Shown piece after piece: positions 48,546 to 60,699 of a DNA stretch of 64,000 bases (its first letter is position 1; every line of letters begins with the position of its first letter). The notes beneath the pieces were generated by a model. The model had not been told where the DNA came from, ran no database searches, and was given only the letters and a program-made list of their open reading frames with translations. The translations under genes were made by a program, and so were the position numbers. The DNA is from Eutreptiella sp. 'Long Island Sound 2002'. Lineage: Eukaryota; Protista; Euglenida. The DNA lies in assembly GCA_964036045.1 (NCBI GenBank), contig OZ038378.1, forward strand, positions 184,202,001 through 184,266,000, written 5' to 3'.

Positions 48546-48641
48546 TGACAATTTTCTGGATGGTGCTGCATGTGAGCGTGTGCGGTGTGCTATTGACGAT
48601 TTTCTGGATGGTGCTGCATGTGAGCGTGTGCGGTGTGCTAT
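48546..48641. repeat. 48-bp tandem duplication
   Basis: tgac(a/g)attttctggatggtgctgcatgtgagcgtgtgcggtgtgctat x2. Confidence 0.92.
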
Positions 48642-48980
48642 GGGCTGTGCACATACCTCTAAGCCGGCTGTGTGGGTGTCCCTGTTGTTGCAGTGTGTGG
48701 CCGGTGCATTTTTGGTGGGCTGTGCTGTGCAGCACTGGGGCTGCCACCGCATCTTTTAGGGTCACTGTGGGTGTGTCGTTCCATACCTGTGTGAGGTCGT
48801 CCTCTGGTCGGAGTAACGCGAGTTTCACCACGGGTTGTTTGGCCTTATGGTCCAGGAGGCACTGTTCGGCTGGCACTTGGGCTAACCACAGCTTGTCGTG
48901 CATGATTTGCTGCCATGGTCTGGCCCCTGTAGCCGTATCATACAATCGTTGTCGGTGGCTGAGCCACCATACCCTGGGGT

Positions 48981-49231
48981 ATTGACATGACCTGCTGGGA
49001 TTTCTAATACCCAGATTGATATCCCATTTGTTGTGGCGTGTAGATGTAAGAAGAGTGCAAGTGTTAGGACGAGACAAGAGAAACTGAACCCTAAGTGAAG
49101 GTAAGACCATAGGCAAAATCATGAACTCATGGCATATGGGGACGCGAAATTGCTCGCTTACACTCGCAGGTTATATGGCCGTCTTTTGAGAACATTGCTC
49201 GTCTTGTGCTCTCGTCAGTAGTAGTACTGCA
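48981..49231 (+). repeat. Left terminal direct repeat (pseudo-LTR-like)
   Basis: Matches 56184-56378 plus 57102-57157 with about 12 substitutions counted by eye. Confidence 0.93.
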
Positions 49232-52071
49232 GCTTTTACGTAGCCGCTCGTTTCCCGCGGCGTTCAACCTAGAAGTTTAATACGACACATCCTAAGGACT
49301 CGCTCCCGAACACGTTTTCTCAAGTTTTCTCAAGCTTGTGAAGGCCTATATCGACGGAAAGAAAGTATCCGACACTTTGAACAGTATGGTCTGTGGCACA
49401 TGTTTTATCTGCGGCGGTGAAGGCCACTTGGCCCGTGAATGTCCTTCGAAGAAATCATCATCCAATGATGACGCCCGTCTAATGGTTCGAGCTCATCTCG
49501 GTTTTGGCCTAACGGCGATCCAAAAATCTATTGCCCATACCACGGGAAAGACGGTCCATAAGCCAGAAGAGTGCCGGCTTGGACCAACAAGAGGACGCAA
49601 GGTGCACGACCACGAGACATGGAACTCCAGCAAGAAATTGCGTCGGTCCTCGTCGATGTGCTGCCCGAGCATGCGGAGAAGGTTATCCTCAAGATCATTA
49701 AACACGGAGTGCGCATCAATTTCCCACGACCCGCAACATCTACCGATGCCAAGTACATCACCAAGAGCCTACCTCAGGTCAAGAGGACATTCATGTACAA
49801 TAACACCATCGGCATCCCGTGCGACGTCCAAGAGGAGCGCGACAAAATCGTGGAGTCTTTCAAAGATGCCCATGATGAAGGACGACCGCGTGATGTGAAA
49901 GCATTCTCCGACGACGCGAAGACCCCATCCGGACCTTTGAACTTTGGTGCAAAGAACTGTCTTTTGGTGCGAGCACAAGCTCTACTGCGACGCCACATGT
50001 ATCACTCCTGCCACAAGATGCCCCGCTCGCGGCGACCACACCGCAAAAGCCAACGACCTCACCATCACCTACCGCGGTTGACGTGGACATGACGGAAGCG
50101 GTGCCGGATTCCCTGCGTACAGAGGTGCAGCGACTCGACAGCGAAATATCCCATATCAAAGGTGACATTGCGTAGCTCAAGAGCAAGTTCAACCACTTGG
50201 ATGGCAAGTTGGGAGAGCTCACGGCCGCTCAACCTACCCAACTAATGCCGCGACCACCGGAGTCCGCTACCGTTGAAATGCAGCCCCAGCAGCACGTGTG
50301 GATCGTCGCCAGAAAAACCCAATTCGATAAGTACAAAGCACTCAAAGTATTGGTGATGGCAGTGGCGGAGAACCGTGACTCGTTCAAAGGATTGGCGTGG
50401 TTGGCAGCAGGATTGCCGCTGACCGATTGGTGCACGGAAGGCCCCGTGACGGCGAATATGGATGAAGCTTCCGCGAAGAACATCCCCTCCAACATAGCAC
50501 AATAGGACATATCCCACTCTGATGCAAACCCTGCTCATGACACACACTGCTGCACACTCGGCTCTCAAATGGAGGTGTGGATGCAGCGTACATACACCAC
50601 GCCAAACATCGCACACACTAAAGGCGAGCACACCCAACCAAAGATTGACTATCACGTGATCCACACCGCAATGCTTATGGACCTGCCATCTATGGCGACA
50701 AATGGAAGCTGACCTGGATACGGGTGCGGCCATGCTCCAAGCTACTGTGAACACACTCCGTGCACATGGCCACCATTTGCGTGCAGAGGTAGTGGACACG
50801 TACCTCGGGATGCGAGGCATCATGTACTCCCTTGCACGCCGTATCAGGGAACTCAAACAACAAAAAGAGTTTCTCACGAGGTATAGTGACCCGAGTGGGC
50901 CTGTCCACGGTGCTACCGAGTTTGATTTTTGCATCGATTATCCTGCCCACCTCCCCTCGTACAGGCCCTTGGCCATGATACACATCATTACCGGGCATTG
51001 CATACCATGTGGTCCAAATTCACTTTTTCCTATTGATTGGTAACTTGGATTGAGGTACGGAATACACACGCCTTGAAGTTCCTGCAATGGTGTAATTCAT
51101 GTATAGCGTCCACCAGATCTGCTATGCACATCACCATGACACCCTGCTCGCATGACACACCACCACAAACCAACGAAGACTCGCCACCACCGTGGCACTT
51201 CGACGAAACAGCACTGCGCCGAGCGGTGGAACAAGACCTCTTTGCCATGGAGTGAGGTCAAAGGCGCAGACCGGCCAAGAAGCCAAGCCACACAGCGGTC
51301 TCCAAGCCATACGACCGTGAAAAACAGTCTGCCATTCTCCGCGAGCGAACGCTACTTGCATGTGCGCGCATCTGGGGACTGGATACACACATCGGGTGGC
51401 ACGCGACCACTAAAGTTGTAGGCACGTCAGTGTGGGTTTCTCCCGACCCTATGTACCGTGGCCTGCAGGTGAAACAAGATCTCAGCGAATGCTCTGTCAC
51501 GTCCACAGGCTTGTTTGCCTGTTGGTTACTGCCCGACAACACACAGGCACCTTCCTGGCAGAGACAACATCTGTCCCACATCCAGAATGCACTCCACGGC
51601 CCATCACCAATTCGTGTCGTCCTTGTGGTACCCCACTCTCATCACCTATGGGACACCTGCCATGCACATGTTTTTCCACCACATACATATGCTATTGCGC
51701 AAGGGTCCACAAAGGTCGGCGACCAGTGGAGTATACTGTTCATCCAAAATGGTGCGGCGGCTGCGCTCCGGCCCGTGTGCCACGCAAACGTTACCAATCA
51801 GTTAGGCCCCCTCCTGCGACGTTGGGGCCCGCCCATGTTCCCTACCCCCTCCCACACCGCGTGTCTTGTCCAGGTACCTGTACCCGCCCCTCACTCCCGG
51901 CATATATCCTCCAAAACGATTTTCTGGGCAGTCCGGCACACAGAATGCAAGGTGCGTAGGGAGGCCATGGCCACAAAAACTTGGCGCCAAACGTGCAGGG
52001 CATCATACACCCGTACCAATCAGGTGCTGCGGTACGCTCCCTGTGCATGGCTCTGCCTTGTTGTGTCCTAG

Positions 52072-52720
52072 ATGGATGACAGATGGCTGAACAGCCTGGA
52101 AACGGCGGGCATGTGGGTGTATGCCGCTTGGTCCCTGTTAGACGAGAGGATATACTATCGCCAGACAGGGGCCAAGGGTGAAATAAAGTTAGTGGCGGAC
52201 AGGTTCCAGGAGGAGATTGCCGATGCACAGGCCTTTGCCAAATTGTACACCAGCAAAGGGAAGCGGGGGCCCATCTACCTCAGGACAATGGCCCGCCTGC
52301 ACCCGTCCAATTTCTGTGTACCTGTCCTACGCAAAGTGCTGCGCACTTCAGCTAACGGCCAGGAGCGAGCATTCATTGGGGGCGTTTTCGCACAGCGCGC
52401 GCACAGCGCGGGCACAGCGCTCGCACAACGCCAATTATCACGGTGATTATCCAGGTAACAACCCTGAAAACCACCCACCTGCGGAATCATGCACAATCAA
52501 TTCAAAACTCAAAAATTCAAACATCTAATGCTTGCCATGGGTCCCAGGGACCTAACTTCTGCCCCCTGTAGCCCCACCCACTGCAGCAGCCATTCAATGA
52601 CGTCCTTTCAACCTTCTGAACTTACCGAACTCCCGGTGGTGGAGAACGGCCAATTTTTCGCACAGCGCGCGCACAGCGCACGGTACGCCCCCATTCAGCG
52701 CAACCCGCATAACCTGAATG
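52072..52720 (+). pseudogene. GIY-YIG endonuclease domain split by a MITE
   Basis: Removing 52378-52692 and one ATT restores in-frame QERAFIQRNPHNLN, the E...I....P.LN end of the domain. Confidence 0.72.
52378..52692. mobile_element. PHIS-type MITE, 315 bp
   Basis: TIR GGGGGCGT / ACGCCCCC; ATT TSD at 52375-52377 and 52693-52695; GCACAGCGCGC 11-bp repeats at both ends. Confidence 0.9.
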
Positions 52721-54004
52721 ATAAACGCCCCCACAGGAAACCATATATGCGGTGGCTTCTAAGGTCAGGACTATACACACAGCTCACATCCTGTGCCCTG
52801 CAAGACAAAGCAAAATGGCTCCACTACATTTGCACGTCGAGGCTGCAGCTGCACCCGATGGACGCGCTACGCATCCTAATTCACGCGCGTGGTGTGATAC
52901 CCCAAGGTCAGTTTTCTCAACCGCAAACCAAACTGCTGCAATATGTCAAACAGCAAACGGGTATGATACTGCCCCCCTCCCTCACCTTCAAGCTGCCGTC
53001 CATCACTAAGGAGGCACGTAGAATGGTGCAACGGTCGGCGGCGACTTTCTTTCGCCGTACCACATACCCCAAGCCCGTAGCGCAATACCTCGCGTCCATA
53101 GTACAGGTGCCACTGAGTGTACCCTCCAGGGTGTTACATGCCTTTATGCAGAGATAAGATTAGTGTGTCCTTAGACACGTTGACTAAGCTCACCGCTGAC
53201 CCAAATATGTGGGGCAGCCGCCAGAATGCAGGATATGACACCTGTGCGGCATGCGTCTTGTATCATCCTGCCAGCCTCACCCGTGTGTTCCGGCACACAC
53301 ACACAACCAGGTTTTGTCCGCGCAGAACAATTATGCATGTATACCCTCCAAAAAGCGCTACGTTCTCGATGTGGCTGAGTCCCTTGGCCACGTGCGACGC
53401 CAGCTACCCAAGGTACGCGTGTTCGCTTTTCGCAGGTTGGCAGCACAAGTGTATCAGGTGGTCAAAAAATGCCAGATGCCATGTGCAGGCTCTGTGGACC
53501 GGCGCCCAAGTAGGGCAGAGATCCACGATTTTCACGAGACTTTCCCAGCGTGGCGCCCTATACGTCTCGACAAGAACACCCACCGTTTCGTGGTCTTGTG
53601 TACTGCTATGTATTGTGCATGCCTCTGTAAGATTTTTGCAGCTTCTGTCAATTACAAACAGTACCACAGCTAGGGCCCCCTCCACATATGCGTTGTACGC
53701 CACGTATAAAATGTACTTTCTCATACTTGCTCGCATGATACTTGCAGTCAGCAGTCACTGCTGCACCATCTATATGCGTACACGGCTGTCAACCATGGTA
53801 CCAGCATATAAGGATGTGCGCGTCCCGGTGCCCTCAAAACTGCCCCCCTCAACTACGGGAGACAGCACGGGTGCAGAGTGGAACACCTTCCGGGCCGAAA
53901 TTTTCGAGCATGCCATGACGGTGGTAGAGGAAGCAACGTCCCTGCGACCACTCGTTGTCCAGCCTGCCCGTGCCGTGGACACCCCAAAGACAAAATTCTG
54001 GTAG

Positions 54005-55070
54005 GTGCCAGGGGTCACAGTACCCCTAAAAGGAAAGTGCATTGGCTCAGGGGACACGATCGACCCCGCCCTGGCGAAGTACCGAGAAAATTTTACCCAA
54101 GTACACCACCCCCTCTCCTCACTTCTAAAAAAGTGTAGTCGCATAGCCACCGTCATGCTCAAACAGTATACCCACAGTTTCATGACATTGGAAATCCTCG
54201 ACCAAGCACACTTGGTGTGGGGTTTTCTGCAGCCCGCCCGCGAGTGGTATGCCAAGACCAACACACCCGTAGGGGTATTTGATTTGGATCTAGAACACAT
54301 GTTCCTGTCCATCCAGCGCAACAGGGTGCCACAGGCGTGGAAAAACCTCGCCTCCCGGTTTTCCAAGATGCTACCCACTCGCCGCGGCACCGACCACCTG
54401 TTTGTAGCAGTGGCCAAAGGCCAGTCCAAAGACATGGATGTGTTCGGGGCCCACAGCTCCAAATATTACGAAAAATTTTCCCTTTCCGAGTTCCACACGT
54501 TAGTGTGCCTGGACCTCTACACCAATGGCCTGTCGGGTCACAAGTGTGGCGATTGGCGGGCCTCTCAGTGCCCAGAACGCCTCCGCTATGTGTATGGAGG
54601 CGGAAAGCAATGTCCCTTGGGGCAGCGTCCTTCCATCACACATCAAGTCAGGGCGCTTCCGGGACAATATCCTCTGTGGATGCCCCCTACAGGAAATCCC
54701 ATACTCGATGGGTAAAGTTAGGGCCGTACTTGAACGCATATACAGCATGACGCCGAGTGTCGAACAGGCAGGCAGAAGTGCGACTTTCTTGGAGCTCCAG
54801 ATCGAGTGTCGGGGTTCAGCATTAGAGTGGGGACTCAAACAAAAGGTGATATTGTCTCACCTGTCCCCCACACCCCCCGTGAGCAGATACCCCTCCCCAG
54901 CGCAACCCCATGCGGCAGAGGTTGTCCATGGCCTCGTGTGTAGCCTGGCGACCAAATGTGCCACTTTTGCATCCACCCCCCGCCACAGGTGCGAAAACTG
55001 TAGTCACACATGCTGGGAACTGCAGGACATAGGATACCCAAAGACAGGGTGGGAACCGGTGCTCAGGTGA
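54005..55070 (+). pseudogene. Penelope-like reverse transcriptase, frameshifted, catalytic DD reads DN
   Basis: ORF-track fragments 54005-54715 and 54525-55070; RFRDNI at 54654-54671. Confidence 0.8.
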
Positions 55071-56183
55071 GCATTCAACCGCCAGCATGACATCGCCATG
55101 TCCTGGAGTACCTTGACTGCATCCCTCACATGGACCTGCCCGGTACCCCCATGATATGCGCTGATGCATCCGGATGTCCCCCTCCCACAGTTCCATCTGT
55201 CCACAGGTACCCCATCAGTTGACGATTTCTTCCAGGCATGGTTCGTAGCCGGTGGCACCATACCGCCCAGAGCAAATGCGCTGATGGCGACAGTGGACCC
55301 CATTTTGTTTCCCGCTATACTCCAGACAGGAAATGCGGCAGTGCCAGCCCATACCCATCGCCCACCACGGCAGGGATGCTTACCAAGGCCGGCCAGCAAA
55401 AGGACAACCGGACGAAAAACACATGACAAACGCGCTCCAATGCCGGCAGCACCGAAGGCTCACCACAGGAAACGCAAACGTACACAGGACCCCCCCCCCA
55501 GCAACAAAAAAGTGCCGCACCAACCCCCACCCGCCCACACAGCACCTGCGGCGCCCCAGTCCACAGAGAACCGGAAGCGTACCAAGCCCCAGTCCCCCCG
55601 ACCCCCCACGCCTGAACCCCTCCCCCCCCACCCGCACTCCTACAGTCCCCGCAGCGCCCACCGAAGAAGCGCCTTGTCGAGCGTGCATGCCGAGAATACC
55701 AACCCCCCCCCAAGAATCCCCGAGGTCGTCAATGTGCTCGGATCCCTCCGTCTCCCCCCCCCCCATCACCACAACGCACCCACAGCCCTGAAGTACCAAC
55801 TGTGTTGCCCCCCTGGGGCCACATGCAGACAGCCAACGCAGATCCATAGTTCAGGAATGGTGGCGATAGGAGATTGCACCATGGAAGGTGCTCATCCTTG
55901 GACGCCACTACGCAGCACAATATGATCCAATGTCCACAGAAAACCGATGGTTGAACGAGAAATACAGGTACCATGTACCTTTCCATTATGGCACAGAAAC
56001 AGCCCCCCCACCTCAGGAAATGTGGGCAGACGGCATTTGGCACATGGGCACTGCAGCTGCCCAGCACTGCTTCTTCCAACAGGAGATGAGGGAGTTCTGT
56101 GATACCTCCAGCAACGAAGATCTGTGATTGACCATCCCTTATGTCACACCACGAGTCAAATCCTGACCCACCACAGGTGGGTC

Positions 56184-57157
56184 ATTGACATGACCTGCTG
56201 GGATTTCTAATACCCAGATTGATATCCCATTTGTTGTGGCGTGTAGATGTAAGAAGAGTGCAAGTGTCAGGACGAGACAAGAGAAATTGACCCCTGAGTG
56301 AAGGTAAGACCGTAGGCAAAATCATGAACTCGTGGCATATGGGGACACGAAATTGCTCGCTTACACTCGCAGGTTATATTCCTTTGGCTACAGGTACGCA
56401 TTTCATAAAGTCCGGTCTTCCGGTCTGCCCGGTCTTCCCGTTTCGCGCAGTTTATTCTAGCAAAACTTGTACTTTACGCCGGTTTACGCAGTTTATGCAG
56501 TTTATGCAGACCGAACAGTTTATGCAGTTTATGCGGTTCGTTTTAGTTTACCAGAAGACCGGTCCAGACCGGTCCAGACCGGTCCTTAAACAAACCGCGT
56601 AAAACGATCTAAACGGGCCGGTCCGATCATTTCGAGCAGTTTATGCAGTTTATACAGTTCACATCAAAAACACGTATAAACAGGTCGAACCGGTCGGACC
56701 GCCCAGTTTAGCGCGTTTTATGCAGTTTGTTCAAAGACCGGTCCGGACCGGTCCGGTCTGGTCTTTACACGAAGTGAAATGAACGGTTCGGTCCGGTCGG
56801 TTCGATCAGTTCGTCTCGTTTTATGCAGTTGGCGCAGAAGAAGTAAAAACCTTGTAATCCTTGTATCCCTTTTTCGTTTGAGTTCGTTTGAGTTGGTACA
56901 AAGACCGGTCTAGACCGGTCTTGTGATCTGCCAAACTGGTCTACATGCAAAACTCTAATCCTTCGTCGAATCATCAAAAAACACCAAAACCACAAGATCC
57001 GCCACATGCAAATACCCCTGACCCAACTTTTCACACAAAAGTCACAATTTGCACAAAAATCCAGACCGGACAAGACCGTTGTGCTAGTAGCCAAAGGAAT
57101 ATGGCCGTCTTTTGAGAACATTGCTCATCTTGTGCTCTTGTCAGTGGTAGTGTTGCA
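56184..57157 (+). repeat. Right terminal direct repeat, interrupted by a MITE
   Basis: 974 bp minus the 721-bp MITE and 2-bp TSD equals 251 bp, matching the left repeat. Confidence 0.93.
56379..57099. mobile_element. MITE, 721 bp, with TA (or ATAT) target duplication and internal GACCGGTC / GCAGTTTAT repeats
   Basis: Perfect TIR TTCCTTTGGCTAC / GTAGCCAAAGGAA; empty site ggttatatggcc visible in the left repeat near 49172-49183. Confidence 0.93.
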
Positions 57158-57554
57158 TCTCCATCTCCCATGCCATATGTGCAAAGTTAGACTCAATGCG
57201 TGATATGTTAGTAGCTATGGACAGTGCTTTTTTACCATTGGCAATTGCCAGAGCTCGAACTAGTTGTGGGGCCATCAGGTCAGTCTCCAATCTATCTATA
57301 GTATCTGCGGATTGGAGGGTTCGTAGTTAACCTTCCACTAAGCACCTTATTTTTCAGGCCCTACCTCTGTTTCAAGGAAGGTTAAGCCTCTGCCTAGCTG
57401 CTCAAAATCCAGTTCCACCCCGTAAAGGTCAGTCAGGAATGCCTTCAGGTGATGTGCCTAGAATGGACAATACTTCAGTGGGCATAAAAACATGATATTG
57501 TTCCGGAACCGAGCAAGTTTTCAGAAAACAAGCCCCTTGCACACATCGCTTTAG

Positions 57555-57790
57555 AGTTTTTTGACGGCCACACCACTACCAATGGACCACACCACAACTA
57601 TTCCACATGCTTGTGGAGCGAAACTCCTATAAACCAAGATTTTGGGAGTAGTGAGTGTCGAGCTTGGGACACTAGGAATGCCCCATATTGTGGCAGTAAT
57701 GGGAGCCCTGCATTTTGCCAAGATGCTTGGTGCTTTGTGTCGCGTGGCAATGGTACACGGCCATTGATGCTAACGAAACGGGCGCAATAC
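57555..57790 (+). pseudogene. Possible exon or gene fragment of a Cys-rich kringle-like extracellular module
   Basis: DFGSSECRAWD...YC.....PAFCQDAWCFV spacing; no clear splice sites found. Confidence 0.35.
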
Positions 57791-57793
57791 CGG

Positions 57794-57881
57794 GTCCAAA
57801 TCAAAGATGGTGTTGTTGCACCCAACACATGCAACTAGTCCAAATCAAAGATGGTGTTGTTGCACCCAACACATGCAACTA
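57794..57881. repeat. Perfect 44-bp tandem duplication
   Basis: gtccaaatcaaagatggtgttgttgcacccaacacatgcaacta x2. Confidence 0.95.
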
Positions 57882-60049
57882 CTTCAGCAGCAAGCACCAA
57901 CTCCTCAGCCAAAATCAATTGAGCATGGTAGTAGACGGGGGCGAATGTTTATGTCAAGGCGCACGGGTGTAGTCTATACTGGAGCTGCGCCTACCAGGGG
58001 GGGGGGGGGGGTTCGGCCGACCGGCCAGCCAGCCACCCAGCCACCCAGGCGGCCACCTAGCCAGCCACCCAGCCAACCACCATTGCTTTGTACATGCATG
58101 TTTGCCTCACCGCCCTTGCTCTCAAGATCTCAAGATGATGTCACCGATCCATGGAGTGTGTGGTAAAAATTCCTTCCCTTTAAACAAGGCACATCATGCA
58201 TCGGGATGGGGGTTTGGGTTGTTTGCTCGTTGCACATTCGTTTGATGCGGTGATTCTATGTTTTGTGTTCTTGGTCTTTATGGGAGGTTCCGAAGGCAAG
58301 GCAACTTGGAGTATGAGGTAAGGGTGTTCTTGAAAGGTGGCCGACCCCCCCCACCCTTGCAAACCCATCCCCATAAGCACACCATGCGTGAGAAGAGGCG
58401 GTACAATGGTGCACTACGTATTTTGGCTGTTTTCCAGGGGCGCGCCAACCAGCCAGCCAGCCAAGGGGGGGGGGGGGTTCCAAAGCCTCCCAGCCACCTA
58501 GCCGCGGCTAGGCGCAGCTCCACTGCTTATAAGATTGCATTTTCGCAGGTATGCCTGTCTTGGGTTCGCAGCACGAATAATGCTTCACACACAGCTTCAG
58601 GGCCGCCCTGATCGCAAGCAGCATGCAGCACAAAAAGCAGTGGATCACCGCGAAGGCGTGGCCCCGGTTCTTGGGAATGCGTAGCGTGTGACTGCCAAGG
58701 CCGCGTGGCTGGGCACTAGATGTGGACGGTGGAGTGAACAGGAAGCTGACGGTGTGTTGTGGAGTCAACAACACAAGGCGACCCAAATTCGGACCCAATC
58801 TCAAAAAAAAAAAAAGAGTGTGTGGGGCTTGCGGGGACCTTGTGTAGTCTGCCGCCCCAGGCCTGCAGGATTTTCTTCGACCATCAGTTGTTCACCAGCA
58901 AGCAACAGAGGTGTGGGAGGGGTCTTTCTTGAAGGTGCCGTGGAAGCCGAAGGATTTTATGCAGTCGATTGGTTTATTTTTGACACATTGGTTAAGTTTT
59001 TGGGAACCGCCTATGGGGCTGAATAGTCAACCCTTTTCGGCCTCTTCGTCGTACATAGGGCCCACAGCTGTGTTTCAAGCCCCTATTAGTCACCACTTAT
59101 GGATTGCGACGATGCTAAATTTTGAGGTGTTTCTTATGTTTTGGATTTGCTCTCTTATGGCGTGGTTGAACGTGGCCCCTGTTGCTGAAAAGCCAAGGCA
59201 TGTGTGCTCGACCGTTCTGCGAGACGTCGCATCATTCCACAAGACCACTTGCCCATCCATAACCCCGTTCACACTGCACACCCGCCCTGGCTCACAGCTG
59301 CCCATCGACGAATGTTTTGAAGGAACCCCTCACCGATAGATAATGTAGAAGTGTAATAGTACAATACGTACACCACCGCCACTCACAAGGCGATGAGACC
59401 AACAACGGCGGGCGATCTAGCAGCACTTTAGACATGGTAGGCCCAAGTTATGAGCGATTCAAAATGCCATCGTGGCCTATTACATCACTACACCCCTGTC
59501 CACTTATGTCTAGCTAACAACAACAACAGCAACAACAAGCACAAGGTAGGATTGTCCAGAGTGCAAAGCTGAAGGTGAATCTGCAAATGGAAGATGGCCT
59601 TGTGGCCGGCGGCCATCTTGCTCATGCTAATGGGAACCACTGTTGAGAACAACACATGACAAAGTGAGGACGAAGCCGCCTGCGGCATGAATTTTGGCCA
59701 CTGACCTGAGTGTATTCCCTTTGCCTCCTCGCGTTGCACATTGATTTCGATCGTAGTCTCAAACCAACTATCTTTTAGCACCATAAAAGTAAGGGAAGTA
59801 TGGAACTTGGGTGTTTTGGGGGTTGTAGGAAGGCGCTTGCTCGGACTTTCTCTTTTGCTTCTTTCACTGCAACGAGTGCAACTTCCTCATTCATGCAACA
59901 CTAGATTTAGAGAGGAATGTAGCTGGGCCAATCAAGCAGGCGCGGGGAGCAGAGGAGGTAGACCACAATGCATTTCACCCTGTGTGCTATAACCCGCCAC
60001 ACTAGGAGCGGTATGCGTCACTTTGGTACAAAAAAAGTCTATGGCTAAT

Positions 60050-60235
60050 TTGTGTTGTGACAAACTTTTTGGTCGCGGGAACGAACGTTTTGTCCGTGGG
60101 AAGAGACATTTTGTCCATGGGAACAAACTTTTTGTCTGCGGTGACAAACTTTTGGTCTATGTTGATGGACGTTTTGTCCATGGGAATGGACAGTTTGTCC
60201 CTGGGAACAAACTTTTCTGAATTCTGAATTCTGAA
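60050..60235. repeat. ~21-bp degenerate minisatellite (TTTGTCCATGGGAACAAACTT) ending in (TCTGAAT)x3
   Basis: Direct inspection. Confidence 0.82.
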
Positions 60236-60699
60236 TTCCTACTTGCTGTCTCTAGGCTCAAGGGCTTTTCAGCTTATGCTCCATTGTTGGACCCACGATG
60301 CAACACGCACGGCGATGACACACAACAAAGCGGATGAGAAAATACGCCGCAGAGAAAAGGAACGTTGTCGTTGCATACATCATGTTTTTTCGCAACCTGG
60401 ACCGTGCATGCTACGAACTAACTTATTTAAGTGACCCTATGACTGTGGCCCCTCTCAGGGCCACGAACGTTTTGTATGTGGTAGAAAGGACGCAAGTCAC
60501 AACGGTGTACCATCATGGGTCATTCCCGTTTCACGGGTCCCTCGTGATGTGTACACCTCGTCTTTCTGCAACCCTCTTATGTGTCCAATGTGCCACCAAT
60601 GTGCAACCCATGTGCCACCCATCTCAATGGTGAGCAAACCCAAAGCCGGACATGTCAACGGGCAGAAATAATTGCAAGCTGCCACAACAAGAATAATTG

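Larger units (their letters stand above)
48981..57157 (+). mobile_element. Decayed Penelope-like retroelement with N-terminal GIY-YIG endonuclease, gag-like 5' ORF and direct terminal repeats
   Basis: 251-bp direct repeats at both ends; CCHC knuckle at 49401-49442; GIY-YIG-like GMWVY..W....RIYYRQTG..RFQEE; PLE-type RT motifs FDLDLEHMFLSI, VAIGGPLSAQNA, RFRDNI, ATFLELQI; multiple frameshifts. Confidence 0.78.

Noticed and set aside
49150-49235. Hammerhead ribozyme in the PLE terminal repeat (minus-strand CTGACGA..stem..AAAA)
   Set aside because: Antisense to the element, GAAA core is broken, no stem I/III or NUH site could be formed, and the second copy lacks CTGANGA.
51430-51800. Methyltransferase in the PLE 5' region (IRVVLVVP)
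   Set aside because: No motif I or NPPF/DPPY-like motif nearby; one hydrophobic strand is insufficient.
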